DNA of 64,000 nt from Chiloscyllium plagiosum (taxonomy: Eukaryota). This document shows, piece after piece, positions 25,890 through 39,643 of the stretch. Numbering within the stretch: the first letter of the stretch is position 1; every line of letters starts with the position of its first letter. The notes below the pieces were generated by a model. It searched no databases. It was given only the letters and a program-made list of their open reading frames with translations, and was not told the origin of the DNA. Both the position numbers and the translations under genes were made by a program. The stretch covers positions 12,695,508 through 12,759,507 of the forward strand of contig NC_057720.1 in the NCBI RefSeq assembly GCF_004010195.1, read 5' to 3'.

Positions 25890-26630
25890 ATAGAGTTTTA
25901 GAGTGATACAGCATGGAAACAGACCATTCGGCCCAACTTGTCCGTGCTGAACAGGTCTCTTAAATTGAATGAGTCTCATTTGCCTGCTTTGGCCCATATC
26001 CCTCTAAACCTTTCTTATTCATGTACCTGTCCAAATTTTGTTTAAATGCTGTATTTATACCCACCTCTACCACTTCCACTGGTAGCTCATTCTACGTATG
26101 CAACACCATCTTTGTGAGAAAGTTACCCATTGGTTCCCTTTTAAATCTTGCCCCTCTCGCCTTAAAACTGTGCCCTCTTGTTTTGGACTCTCCCACCCTG
26201 GGCAAAAGACCCTGACTATTCATCTTATCTATGCACCTCTTGATTTTATAAATCCCTATAAGTTCAATCCTCACCCTCATGTGCTCCAAAGAAAATAGTC
26301 CTAGCTTATCAAACCTGTCCTGATAACTCAAACCCTCCTGTCTTGAAAACATCCTTGAAGATCATTTTTGCACCCTTTCCAGTTTAGTAATATCTCTCCT
26401 ATAGGAGGGTGATGAGAATTTATGCAGTACTTCAAATGTGGCCTTACCAATGTCCTGTACATGACATCTCAACTCCTATACTGAATGCTCTGACCGATGA
26501 AGATAAATGTACCCAATGCCTTCTTCATCACCCTGTCCACTTGTTGTTCAAGGAGCTATGCATCTACAACCTAGGTTTCTCTGTCCAACCGCACTCCTAA
26601 GGCCTACTGTTAACTGTGTAGGTCCTGCCT
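25890..26630 (-). mobile_element. CR1 LINE 3' end
   Basis: EGLSYQDRFDKLGLFSLE..SKTRGHSFK. Confidence 0.8.
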
Positions 26631-26689
26631 GTAACTATCCCTTTCTGAGTAAAGATACACCGTAAGACATCGAAAAGTGGGATTTAGAC

Positions 26690-26905
26690 AAAAAAAAACT
26701 AAAAGAACAGCGGATGCTGGAAACCTGAAACAAAAGCAGAAATTGCTGTAAAATCTTAGTGGATTTCACAGCATTTGAGGGGAGAAAACAGAGTTAATAT
26801 TTTCGGGTCCAGTGACCTTTCTTCAGAACTCAGTCAACTCTGATTTCTCTCCTCAGATGCTGCCAGACCTGCTGAGATTTTACAACAATTCGTCTTTTTG
26901 TTTCA
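26690..26905. mobile_element. Palindromic element, hammerhead family C
   Basis: Minus strand gtt-ctgaaga-aaggtc(actg)gaccc-gaaa..ttaac, with inverted arms. Confidence 0.65.
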
Positions 26906-27179
26906 TTTGCATTGTTTTTCCAATCCACATTGATTCTCAGTCAGTCACTGTTAACCTCATAGTGGCTTTGAAATGGGCACCCTTGAGTCAATTTCACAGA
27001 TTGTGATGTTTTCTGGTTTAACTGAAAGGCACACTTCACATGAAAATGAGTTAAGTTCATCAGAGGAGGTGGACAGTTAGTTGGAATACCTTCTTACTCT
27101 GCTTTCTTTCTCATGATTCTTTCAATGAGAGAAAAAAACAGCATCCTGTTTTAAACAGCAGTTGATTTTATAGACATAG

Positions 27180-27462
27180 AATCCCTTCAGTGTGGAAACA
27201 GGCCATTTGGCCTAACAAGTCCACACAGACCCTCTGAAGAGTATCCCACCCAGACCCATTCCCCTAATGCACCTAGCCTGCACACTAGGGACAATTTAGC
27301 ATGGTCAATCCACCCCCCCTGCACATCTTTCAAATGTGGGATGAAACCCACACAAACACAGAGAGTATGTACAAATTCCACACAGGCAGTTGCTGGAGTC
27401 TGGAATCAAACCCAGCCACTGGCACTGTGAGGCATCAATGCTAACCACTGAGCCACCGTGCC
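27180..27462 (-). mobile_element. HE1-type SINE (further copies at about 30442-30772 +, 49140-49412 -, 49965-50260 +, 56385-56700 -, 58063-58252 -)
   Basis: Similar to 7000-7320. Confidence 0.8.
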
Positions 27463-28224
27463 AGTCTTGCAACTACTTTTAATACTCGCTCCTGGAAAGG
27501 TTAAGAAATTCTGATGGGTTGAGAAGTTTGCATTCAAAAGCACAACATAAAACAATGGAGCATAACACAGAGGAATAAAACTCATTGTGTCAGTTCCCTG
27601 AAAGAACTCTCAACCATTGCCTTTTCATTTCTTCTCTGACCAACATCTATTTGAAAAGCTATCACTAATTTGTGCGCAGCACAGTGGCTCGGGGATTAGC
27701 ACTGCTCCTTTACAGCGCCAGGGGCCCTGGGTTTGATTCAACCCTTGGGTGACTGTGTGGAGTTTGCACATTCTCCCCATTACATTGCTCTTGCAATTTC
27801 AAGCACCTCTTCGTTTCTCTTATGGTGTTTGTCTTTGGAGCTTCCTTAATATGGAACTTAAGGCGCAGGAAATTGGATTGAAAACAGATGAGCGAAATAT
27901 GATACAATCTGGTGAATAGGAACTCCAGGGAAGCCTTTAATATATTGCTGACTTGCAGTCAGGCAACACTTCAAATTTAAAATTCGCATCCTTGTGTTCA
28001 AACCATTTCCTGACCCTGTCCCCCACTATCTCTAGAGCTCCTGCTAGTCTTGCAACTTTCCAAGAAATCAGCCTTTCTCCAATTCTGACCTCTCATGCAC
28101 CCCAACATCCTTTGCCCCACTGTTCCATCAGCTCCCAACATGTGGGTTTCCTCTTACAGTCCAAAGATGTGCAGATTAGGTGGATTGACCATGGTAAATG
28201 CAGTATTACAGGGATGGTAGGTGC

Positions 28225-29095
28225 ATCTTACCATTTACAACTTCGCTGATGACATCACCATAGTTGTTCGAATCTCAGATGACGATGAAACAGACTACAG
28301 ATGGGAGGTGGAAGACCTGGAAAAATAATGCACTGAGAACAACCTTGCTCTCAATGCCGGCAAAACCAAGGAATTCATTATTGACTTTTGGCAGGATGTT
28401 ACTCATGCCCCCTTACACATTAACAGCACAGAGGTGGAACGAGTGGAAAGTGTCAAACTCCTGGGAGTAGTCATCCACAACAAGTTTTCTTGGACTCTTC
28501 ATGTGGATGCACTGGTTACAAAGACCCAACAATGTCTCTTCTTCCTCAGGCAGCTGAGGAAATTTGGCATGACGGTGAATACCCTTGCCAAATTTTATAG
28601 GTGCACCATCGAGAGCATTCTGTCTGGATGTATCACTACCTGGTATGGCAACTGTACCATTCAAGATCGGAGACGGTTACAGAGAGTGGTGAACTCAGCC
28701 TGGACAATCATAAAGGTTAATCTCCCTTCAATAGAATCCATCTACCAGGCCCGCTGACAAGGAGAGGCCGCCAGCATTCTCAAAGATCTATTCCACCCTG
28801 GCAATGTTTTTCTACAACTTCTATCATCGAGGAGAAGGTACAGAAGCCTGAACACATGCACCAGCCGGTTTCGCAACAGTTTCTACCCTACTGTTGCTAG
28901 AATACTGAATGGACTCACAAACTCTTAACATTCGCCTGTACCTGTGTTTTTGTTTTTGCCGCTGTTTACCTATTATTTACTTATCTATGCGACTTAACTC
29001 TGTGATCTGCCTGTGTTGCTCACAAGACAAAGCTTTTCACTGTACCTCGGTACACGTGACAATCAAATCGATTCAATTCAATTCAATTCAATTCA
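28225..29095 (+). mobile_element. Rex1/Babar-type LINE 3' portion
   Basis: FADD; LFFLRQLRKFG..FYRCTIESILSGCITTWYGNC; (ATTCA)n tail. Confidence 0.8.
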
Positions 29096-29640
29096 TCTGA
29101 GTGGGATGCTATTCAGAGAGTTGGTGTGAACCCGATGGGCTGAATGGTCTGCTCCCACTTTGTAGAGATTCCATTACTGTAGGAAGGGAAAATACTCACA
29201 AGGACCCCAAGCAAGAGCAGGTAAATTGGATAACAGTCCAAGTGTGTGATTGGCTCCTCGTGACTCATAATTTGTCTGAACAACATCAAGGGCCGAAGGG
29301 TCTGTTCTGTGCTGTATTGTTCTATGTTCTAAGTGAAATTACTGGAAGGGAGCTTGTGCACTAAAATCTCTTAAGATCACTGTTATTGTGGCACTTTCTG
29401 TGCAAATACCACAAATAATTCAACCAATCCAGCCCATAAAGAGGGCATAGGTTTTAGGCAAGAAGGGAAAGGTTTAGGAAGGACCTGAGGGGCAACTTCT
29501 TCACGCAGAGAGTGGTACATGTATGGAATGGGCTGCCAGAGAAAGTGATTGAGGCAAGTACAATAGTAACATTAAAAATAGAAATTGGTTGGGAAGGGTT
29601 TGCAGGGATATGGACCAAATGTAGACAATTGGAGCTAGCT

Positions 29641-29857
29641 AGGAGAAAGTGAGGACTGCAGACGCTGGAGATCAGAGCTGAAAAATGTGTTGCTGGAAAA
29701 GGGCAGCAGGTCAGGCAGCATCAAAGGAGCAGGAGAATTGACGTTTCGGGCATAAGCCCTTCATCAGGAAGAAGGTCTTCTGCCCGAAATGTCGATTCTC
29801 CTGCTCCTTTGATGCTGCCTGACCTGCTGCGTTTTTCCAGCAACACATTTTTCAGCT
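29641..29857. mobile_element. Palindromic family-A hammerhead element inserted in a CR1 tail
   Basis: Minus-strand core ctgatga-agggcttatgccc-gaaacgtc. Flanking direct repeat caattgga(g/a)ctagct. Confidence 0.75.
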
Positions 29858-31392
29858 CAATTGGAACTAGCTGAGTAGGCACTATGGTCAGCATGGACCA
29901 GTTTGGGCTGAAGGGCCTGTTCCCATGCTGTATTATTACTCTATGACTCTATAACTGTATTAGACTTAATTCCCCATAGCAGGTCTGGTGAAATGGCTTA
30001 ATTGCTGTTATGATTAGTTGGAGGAAATGAATCCAAACACTGCCTGGAAATGGCTGCTCCATGTTGAATACCAATGGCTCCAATTCTCGCCACAGCACTG
30101 TGATGAGTGTAAAACTCAACTGGAGTCTTTTCTACCCCGCCACGTGCCACTTGATGTGTCAGATAGTGACTGATCCAATTATGATTCAGGCATGTGCTGC
30201 GCTGCATCAGTGCAGATCAAAGCCTCAATTAAATTTATTAACAACCTTTTAGAAGTGGTGTCATTTCAGATTTCTATCTCCTCAAGGCATCTTTGCTGTG
30301 CCAGACTCATCTATGTGAGAGGGACTGAACCTAACAAATGCTCAATTTATTTTCTGCTGTTTAACGTTCAGTCTGGAGATGAATGGCAATCGAAGTTATT
30401 TAATGACTTCTGAGTTTAAAGCAAAAACCTACTGAACGCTTAGGTGGCTCAGTGGTTAGCACAGTTGCCTCACAGCAGAGGGGACTTAGGTTCCCTTGGG
30501 CGACTGTCTGTGTGGAGTTTGCATGTTCGCCCAGTGTCTGTGTGGGTTTTCTTTGGGTGCTCTGGTTTCCTCTCATAGTCCAATGTGTGCAAGCTAGGTG
30601 GATTGGCCTTGCTAAATTGCCCCATAGTGTCTAGGGATGTACAGGCTATGGATGAGCCATAAGAAAATGTAGGTTACAGGGGTGGGGTGGGTCTGGCTGG
30701 GATGCTTTTCAGAGGGTTAGTGTGGACCCGTTGGACCAAATGACCTGATTCCACACTTTAGGGATTCTGTGATACTTACAAATTATATCTTCAAAATAAA
30801 TAGATATGGGTTAACATTTGTGCCACGATCTAATCTCGACCTGGCAATCTGTTGGAAATTCTGGGAATAAAGGAGAAAGAAACTGACCATTTTTGGCACT
30901 TAATTTCCAATCGTCAGCGAGGTTAAAAAAAGCTACAGATATTAATTTCTTATTGTGAAATGTGAGCTCACTTTCCAGTTTGTGCTTTACCTAATCTATG
31001 ATTCCATTAAGGAAATTCAGTTTTAAAAAATCATTCAGCCTCATGTTGATTTTTAGTAGTTAAGATATGCAAATTTCACCCATTATCATTCATGCCAATT
31101 GAAATGTGAAGCACCAGAATTCAAAGGTTGACGGTGAAAAGAGAAGGCAATGCAAAAAGCTCAGAATATTATTACAGGTTCTCACCAGAAATAAGGAAAG
31201 ATTCCCCATCAATTTCTAGATTATTGCAAAATCTAGATTCAAATGCGCTGCTGCTGCTTGTAGCTATCTTTGGCATGGGATCTGCTAACATAGTACAGTA
31301 CATTCATCGACCTTGTGGGATTCTCAAATGCCCACTGCAAATATTCTGTGCCATCGGGGGATAGCAACACAGTGGTAATGTCACTGGGCTGG

Positions 31393-31822
31393 TCCCTACC
31401 TTTTATCTTAGCCTGCTTGGCACACTCTCCTCATTCCTGAAGAAGGGCTTATGCCTGAAACGTCGATTCTCCTGCTCCTTGGATGCTACCTGACCCGCTG
31501 CGCTTTTCCAGCAACACATTTTCAGCTCTGATCTCCAGCATCTGCAATCCTCACTTTCTCCTGGTCACTAAAAGTGCCAAGGTTGAGAGTGTGGCACTGG
31601 AAACGCATAGCAGGTCAGGCAGCATCCGAGGAGTAGGAGTCTTGATGTTTCGGGCATAAGCCCTTCATCATGAAAGGCTTCTGATCAGGAAAGGTTCCTG
31701 ATGAAGGGCTTATGCCCAAAACATCGAATCTCCTGCTCCTCGGATGCTGCCTGACCTGCTGTGCTTTTCCAGCGCCACACTCCTGACTCCGATCTCCAGC
31801 ATCTGCAGTCCTCACTTTCTCC
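31393..31822. mobile_element. Two adjacent family-A elements (single arm 31393-31562; palindrome 31582-31822) inside a SINE
   Basis: attc-ctgaaga-agggcttatgcct-gaaacgtc at about 31433-31468. TSD cact(a/g)aaagtgccaag at 31566-31581 and 31823-31838. Confidence 0.75.
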
Positions 31823-34484
31823 CACTGAAAGTGCCAAGCTGATACTCAAAGGGTGTTAGGTTCAAATTGCAATTTGAATACAGTAATAAGTCTGGGATTA
31901 AGACCCACTTAATACCCATCTGGTTCACTAATGACCTTTAGAGAAGGGAATCTGCCGTCCTTACTTGATCTACTCTACATGTAAGTCCAAACCCACAGCA
32001 TTGTGGTTGACTCTTAGCTTCCCTCTCCAATGGCCAAAATGCCAATTAAATACAGGGCAATGAGGTTTGGGTGGGTAATGGACTTGTCAGTAACACCCAC
32101 ATCCCCTGGATAAATAAAAAGTAGTCTGTCATTCGGTTATGTCCCAGGTTGCCCTTCAGAAGTAATTCCGATTGATTTTCACCTCTGATCAAATAGCTGA
32201 AGTACCGATGTTTTCCTTTCCGGATGTCTCTTTGAAAAGTTCGGTTTTGCCTTTGCAACTTAAAGCACTTCTTCATTTCTCTTATGGTGTTTATCTTTTG
32301 GAATTTCCTTTATATGGAACTTTTAGCGCAGGAAATTGGATTGAAAACAGATGAGAGAAATATGATGCAATTCAGTGAATAGGAACTTTAGGAAAGCCTT
32401 TAACATATTGTTGATTTGAATCAGGCAATGTTTCAAATTTAAAATTCTCATCTTTGTGTTCAAACTATTTCCCGACCCTGTCCCTCACTGTCTATACAGG
32501 TCCTGCCAGTCTTGCAACTTTCTTAGAACTCAGCCAATTCTGATCTCTCTTGCACCCCAGTATCCTGTTCCTTCAGCTCCCTTCATGATGACATTTCCTC
32601 TCTGAAACTTTCCACACTATACGTCTCTCTTCTTTAATTCACACCTTTTGTCTTTGATAAGTTTTCTTCGCTTCCATTTATGCAGTTCAACATCAAATTT
32701 TCTTCAGTTACACTTTTTGAAGTGCATTGGGAGTTATCACATTAATGGTGCTCTACATATTTATTTTCATTTATTTATTCGTGTGCTGTGATTATTTCAC
32801 ATACCTTGGGAAGCTGGTGAATGACCATCTTGGACCAATGTAGTTTGCATAGTGACAGTTTGGCATTTTGATTATACCACAATGAAGGTACAGCAATTTA
32901 TGCCCAAGTCAGTAGATACATGACTTAGGAAACTTTCAGCTGATGCTCTCATGCACCCTACCCCATGTCCTTGTCTAGGTAGTAAAGTTCCTTCTATTTA
33001 CTAAATTTCACCCATTTCAATATCTCTCTAATATAAATTCCGTTTCCAATGGAAAGACTGAAGAAAAATATTGTCTTAGCCATTCTATCATGCCCTTATT
33101 ATGGACACACAAAGGTCTATTCTTAGAGATCAAAAGACATCTGGATGGGTAAATGAATAGGAAGGGTTTGGAGGGATATGGGCCAAGTGCTGGCACATGG
33201 AACTAGATTGGATTGGGATAGCTGGTCGGCGTGGACAAGTTGGACGGAAGGGTCTGTTTCCATGCTGTACATCTCTATGACTCTATATTTAATATTTTTA
33301 TCCACTCTGCTTAAAGATATTCTTGATTCACTTGAAATCAACTTGTTTTTAAATACACTTTCTGTTATTGCTCCCATTCCTTTTAAAAATTCTTTTGTTG
33401 ATGTCACTAACAAGGCCAGCATTTGTTCTCTATCACTGATTACCCTTGAGTGGTTTGCTAGACCATTCCAGAGGGCAGTTATGAGTCAATCATATTGCTG
33501 TAAATCTGCAGTCGCTTATTGGTCCGATAAGGAAGGCTGTGTTCCTTCCTTAAAGGCCGTTAGTGAATCAATTGGTCACTATCACTGTGGAAAATTTCAT
33601 AGTTATAGATTGTGTTAATGGAATTTAAGTTTCACCAAAAATCCATATCTGCAGAAGATTAGCCTGGCTGACTGGAAAGTCCATTACACCACAATTTTGT
33701 CCATTTTGTGTAGCAATTATTCTTACTCAACCATTGGCTAACTAATCTGACTGGTTCTCAGCCAGGCATAGCTTTCTCTGTCTGTTGTTCTCTTATGACT
33801 TTGTTTCCTGTAACCCAGAGTGGATCAATTAAGGCTGTGCATTTTCCATACCCCACAACTGAGCCAAAGTCCCTCTGGCAGCTACAGAAAATAGTCATGA
33901 GGGTAATGGAATGCTGCCCTTTGTATCGAGAGGGCTGGAGTATAAGGAGCAGAAGTTACTCCGCTATTATACACAACCCTGTTTAGACTTTACCTGAAGT
34001 ACTGCGAGCAGATATGGGCACCACACAATAGGAAGGGTATATTGGCCTTGGAGGGACTACAATATAAGTTTACAAGAATGATACATGGATTTCAGGGCTT
34101 AAGTAATGATGAGAAATTACACCAACTGGGTCTGTTTTCGCTAGAATTTTAAAAGGATGATCTAATCAAAGTATTCAAGGTATTAACAGGGAAAGATAAG
34201 GTGGATAAAGTTAAACTATTTCCACTGGTTGGAGATTCTAGAATGAGGGAGCATGGTCTCAAAATTAAAGCTATATCATTCAGGAGAGATATTCAGATGC
34301 ACTTAGATTAATACAGCACAGAAACAGACCCTTGAACCAAGCCGTCTATGATGATCATGTTCCTAAACTAAACTAGTCACACCTGCCTGCATTTGGCCCA
34401 TATCCCTCCAAACCTTTAGTATTCATGTACTTGTCCAAATGTCTTTTAACTGTTGTAACTGTACCTGCAACCATCACTTTTGGT

Positions 34485-36710
34485 TAAAAATCACAAAACA
34501 CCAGGTTATAGTCCAACAGGTTTATTTGGAAGCACACTAGCTTTCGGAGCATCGCTCCTTCATCAGATGATAGTGGAGGACACAATCCTAAGGTACAGAA
34601 TTTATAGCAAAAGTTTACAGTGTGATGTAACTGAAATTATAGATTGAAACATTGATTGTCTGTTAAGCCTTTCTTATACATTGAAACATTGATTGTCTGT
34701 TAAGCCTTTCATCTGTTAGAATACTGGGATAATTTCACTTCTTCCATGTGTAAATCACAAAACCTTTTTTTTAAAAAGTTGCATTCTCGGGTTAGCTGTT
34801 AACAATGGTGATACTAGACAATATGTTGAAGGTGTTGGCCCCCTGTGTTCTTTGTCTATGCCATGATGCTTAGATTGATGCTAACCTAAAAAGTGAGATA
34901 ACTGCGTTTTACATAAATTCATGCAGTTTTTGAGCTCAGAGTTCTACATGAATGAATGCAGTTTTTGAGCAGAGTACAATGTAACCCTGCAAGTACAAAT
35001 TCACCCCACAAAATATATATGTGCATGTGGGTCTTTGTCTGTCTGTGGGTGCGTGTCTGTCTGGGTTGGGGGTTGTGAGTGCGAGAAAGTGTATGTGTGT
35101 GTGTGGTGAGTGCAGAGTGTCTTAAGTCTGTGAGGGGTGCATGTGTGTGTGTGTGTCTGTAAAGGGTGTGTGTGGGTGTCTGTGTGCGCGTCTGTGTGTC
35201 CGTGTGTATGTGTGTATAGGAATGCCTGTGTGTGTGAGAGTGTGTGTGTGTTTAGTGCAATGGTGGTCACCTGTAATGTGACATGAAACCAAGGTCCCGG
35301 CTGAGGCCCTCCCTATGGGTACTGAACTTAGCTATCAGCCTCTGCTCGGCCACTTTTCTCTACTGCCTGTCCCGAAGTCCACATTGGAAGATGGTCACCC
35401 GAAGGTCCGAGGTCGAATGTCCTGGACCACTGAAGTGTTCCCCAACTGGGAGGGAACATTCATGTCTGTTGATTGTTATGTGGTGCCCATTCATCCGTGG
35501 TCGTAGCCTTTGCTCGGTTTCCCCAATGTACCATGCCTCCGGGCATCCTTGCCTGCAACGTATGATAGACAACGTTGGCTGAGTCACATGAGTACCTACC
35601 ATGTACAAGGTGGGAGGTGTCCTCAAGCATAATGGTGGTATCTATGTCCACAATCTGACACGTCTTGCAGCGCCTACCATGACAGGGTTGTATGGAGTTG
35701 TCCTGAGAGCCGGACAGCTTTCTACGAACAATGCGCTGTTTGAGGTTTGGCAGTTGTTTAAAGGCAAGTAGTGGAGGTGTGGGGAAGGTCTTGGTAGCAA
35801 GCTGCCTGGCTCTCAGGAAAACTCCATACAACCCTGTCATGGTAGGCGCTGCAAGAGTGTCGGAGTGTGGACATAGATACCACCATTACGCGTGGGGACA
35901 CCTCCCACCTTGTACATGGCAGGTACTCATGTGACTCAGCCAACATTGTCTATCTTATATGTTGCAGGCAAGGATGCCCGGGGGCATGGTACATTGGGGA
36001 AACCGAGCAAAGGCTACGACAACGGATGAATGGGCACCACATAACAATCAACAGACAGGAATGTTCCCTCCCAGTTGGGGAACACTTCAGTGGTCCAGGA
36101 CATTCGACCTCGGATCTTCGGGTGACCATCCTCCAATGTGGACTTCGGGACTGGCAGCAGCGAAAAGTGGCCGAGCAGAGGCTGATAGCTAAGTTCAGTA
36201 CCCATAGGGAGGGCATGCACACATATATTTTGTGGGGTGAATTTGTACTTGCAGGGTTACATTGTGCTCTGCTCAAAAACTGCATTCATTCATGTAGACC
36301 TCTGAGCTCAAAAGCTGCATGAATTCATGTAAAACTCCGTTATCTCACTTTTTAGATTAGTATTAATCTAAGCATCATGGCATAGACAGAGAACAAAGGG
36401 GGCCAACACCATCAACATATTGTCTAGCTATCACCATTGTTAACAGCTAACCCGAGAATGCAACTTTTTAAAAAAAGGTTTTGTGAGAGGCTTAACAGGC
36501 AATCAATTTTTCAATGTATAATTTCAGTTACATCACACTGTAATTTTTTGCGAAAAATTCGGTGTGTTAGGATTGAGCCCTCCACTACCACCTGATGAAG
36601 GAGCGACGCTCCGAAAGCTAGTGTGCTTCCAATTAAACCTGTTGGACTATAACCTGGTGTTGTGTGATTTTAACTTTGTACACCCCAGTCCAACACCGGC
36701 ATCTCTAAAT
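34485..36710. mobile_element. Head-to-head inverted pair of Penelope-like 3' ends (GIY-YIG domain plus terminal hammerhead on each arm)
   Basis: The + ORF 35867-36322 reads NIVYLICC..WYIGET..R.R..H and has a mirror copy on the - strand at about 35280-35790. TSD catca(c/t)ttttggt at 34472-34484 and 36711-36723. Confidence 0.88.
36589..36623 (+). ncRNA. Minimal type-I hammerhead motif, family B, intact
   Basis: cac-ctgatga-a-ggagc(gac)gctcc-gaaa-gc-ta-gtg; predicted cleavage after 36620. Confidence 0.78.
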
Positions 36711-37119
36711 CATCATTTTTGGTAGCAGTTCATTTCACACACGAACTACTCTCTGTATAAAGAGATTGCCCTCTTGTACTTTTTGGATATTTCTCCCTCA
36801 CCTTAAAATACACCCCTAGTTTTGAACTCCCCTATTCCAGGGAACAGACCATTGTCATTCACCATACTTATACCACTCATGATTTTATAAACCTCAATAG
36901 GATGATAGATGTTTAAAACTCTCTTCCACAAACACAGTTGATGCTAAATCTGTTGTTAATTTTAAATCTGGGATAGGTAAATGTTTGTTCAGCAAAGGCA
37001 TTAAGGAGTATGGGCCAAAAGCAGGTTAGGCCACAGGTTTCGTTGAATAGCAGAACAGGTTAGAGGGGCTGAATGGCCTACTCTGTTACTATGTACCCTT
37101 TTCACAACCAATAAGAGAA

Positions 37120-38391
37120 GGTCATGGAAGCGATGGAAAGGGTGCAGAGGGGATTTACCAGGATGTTGCCTTGTATGGAAGGAAGGTCATATGAGGAAAG
37201 GCAGAGGGTCTTGAGGCTGTTTTTGTTAGAGAGAAGGTTGAGAGGTGACTTAATAGAGACATACAAGATAATCAGAAGGTTAGATAGAGTGGACATTGAG
37301 AGCCTTTTTTCTTGGATGGTGATGGCTAACATGAGGGGACATCGCTTTAAATTGACAGGTGATAGATATAGGACAGATGTCAGAGGTAGGTTCTTTACTC
37401 AGAGAGTAGTAAGGACATGGAACGCTCTGCCTGTCACCAACATTAAGGGGATTTAAATAGTCATTGGATAAATACATGGATGATAATGGAATAGTATGGT
37501 TAGATGGGCTTCAGATTAGCTTTACAGGTCGGGCTGAAGGCTGTGTACTGCACTGTAATGTTCTATGTTCTAAGGTACTACATTACAGAAGAGGGAGTGC
37601 TGAAGGTCTTAAAATGCATAAAGGTAGATAAATCCCCAGGAGTTGATCAAGTGTAATTGGCATATAGTGGACAGTGAAGAAGATTATCTAAGAGTAAAAC
37701 AGGGTCTTGATCACCTGGGCCAGTGGGCCGAGGAATGGTGGATGGAATTTAATTTTGATAAATGCAAAGTGTTGCATTTGTAAAAGATGAACCAGGGCAG
37801 GGCTTACACACTTAATGGCAGGACCCTGGGGAGTTTTGTTGAACAGTGAGACCTAGGATGCGGTACTCTGAAAGTGGTATCACAGGTAGACAGGGCAGTG
37901 AAGAAAGCATTTGGCAGGCTGTCCTTCATCAGTCAGAACATTGAATATAGGAGTTGGTTTGTCAAATTATGGCTGGATAGGACATTGGTGAGGCCACATT
38001 TGAAGTATTACATAATATTCTGGTCCCCCTGCTATAGGAAGGATGCTATTAAAGTGGAAAAGCTGCAAAGAAGATTTACAAGGATGTTACTGAGACAAGA
38101 AGGTTTGAGTTATAAGGAGAGGCCTGAGAGGCTTGGGCTTATTTCCGTGGAGTCTAGGAGGTTGTGGGGTGACCTTATGGAGGTTTATAACATCATGAGG
38201 AACTTGGATAAGGTGAATAGACAATGTCTTTTTTCAAGTCCAAAACTGGAGGACATGGGTTTCAGGCCAAAAGAGAAAGGTTTAAAAAGGGTCTGATGGA
38301 TAACTTTTTCATCCAAAGGGTGATGGGTATATGGAATGTGCTGTCCATGCGTCCATCTGTCTGTCTGTCTGTGTATCTATCTATCTATCTA

Positions 38392-38474
<83 letters not shown>

Positions 38475-38760
38475 GTCTGTCTTTCTATCCAAATTGCCCC
38501 TTAGAGAAAAGATTTAAAAGGGACCTAACGGGCAACTTTTTATGCAGAGGGTGGTGTGTGTATGGAATGAGCTGCCTGAGGAAGTGGTGGAGGCTGGTAC
38601 AATTGCAACATTTAAAAGGCATCTGGATGGATATATGAATAGAAGGATTTAGAGGGATATGGGCTCGCTAATTGCTGGCAAATGGAACCAGGATTAATTA
38701 ATGATATCTGGTTAGCATGGACGAGTTGGGTCGAAGGGCCTGTTTCAGTGCTGCATGACT
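37120..38760 (+). mobile_element. Cluster of CR1 3' fragments
   Basis: ORFs at 37124 and 37874 (LVRPHL.Y...FWSP.YRKD). Confidence 0.8.
38357..38487. repeat. (TCTG)n/(TCTA)n compound microsatellite
   Basis: Seen directly. Confidence 0.95.
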
Positions 38761-38999
38761 TTACCATTTCTGTCTGCACTGCCCACTGGTATGTTTGATG
38801 CTGTTAGTTTGGTACTGTGGGTCCCATCTTATATCCAGGATAGTTCCTCAGTCCTGGCGAATGGTTTCAGCCTGAAACGTTGAATTTCCTGCTCCTCGGA
38901 TGCTGGCTGACTTGCTTTCCCAGCTTCATATCTGTCGCCTCTGGCTTCCAGCATCTGTAGTCCTTGCTGTTCCCTCGTTCCTCAGTCTCTCTTGGCCCC

Positions 39000-39234
39000 G
39001 AAGGCGGTCAAAGTCAGTCTTTATTCACTCGCGCTCTCTTTGTGCTCCTCGCTCTTCCCGGAAAAAGGTGGAGTGAGCAGTCTCCAGGGTAACGGGGCGG
39101 TCTTTACAAATATTGGCTTCTAGTCTCGGGTAAAATCGACAGAGAAATAGCAGACTGGATGGCAAGCTGACAGAGAGCAGACCAGCGCCTGCTACCTTGG
39201 AGAATTCCACCCGAACCCTGCGGGAACTCTCAAA
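39000..39234 (+). promoter_or_regulatory. PTGFR: Probable PTGFR promoter and non-coding first exon (start approximate)
   Basis: A non-repetitive, locally CpG-richer patch with a GGGGCGG GC box near 39094. It ends in the donor AAA|GTAAGT at 39235. Confidence 0.5.
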
Positions 39235-39643
39235 GTAAGTCTCATCTTCATGCACAGGTTCTGGAAAGTTGAAATTAAAAGCTATTGAAATCGCGGGGAG
39301 TCTGCAGACAGAGGATTCTAAGCCGATTGAGAAAAGGAGATTGTCAAATAATTGAAACGAGCAATCTGTACGAGAAATAGATTTAAAATAAGCGAATGAT
39401 ATTTAGCTCCTTCTTACTCTCAAATAGAATTTGGATTCTTGTTTTAAAACGGGATTCCGCTTGAATTGGGGCTTCCTTTGGAGAGGAAAATCAGAAATTG
39501 CTCGATAAACTCAGCAGGTCTGGCAGCGTCTGTCCAGACAGAAACAGAGTTAACATTTCGGGTCTAGTGACCCTGCTTTTCAGAGAACGTTACCTTCTAC
39601 TTTAAAGATCGTCTTCCCGGATCTGTCCTGTCCAGTGCAGGCT

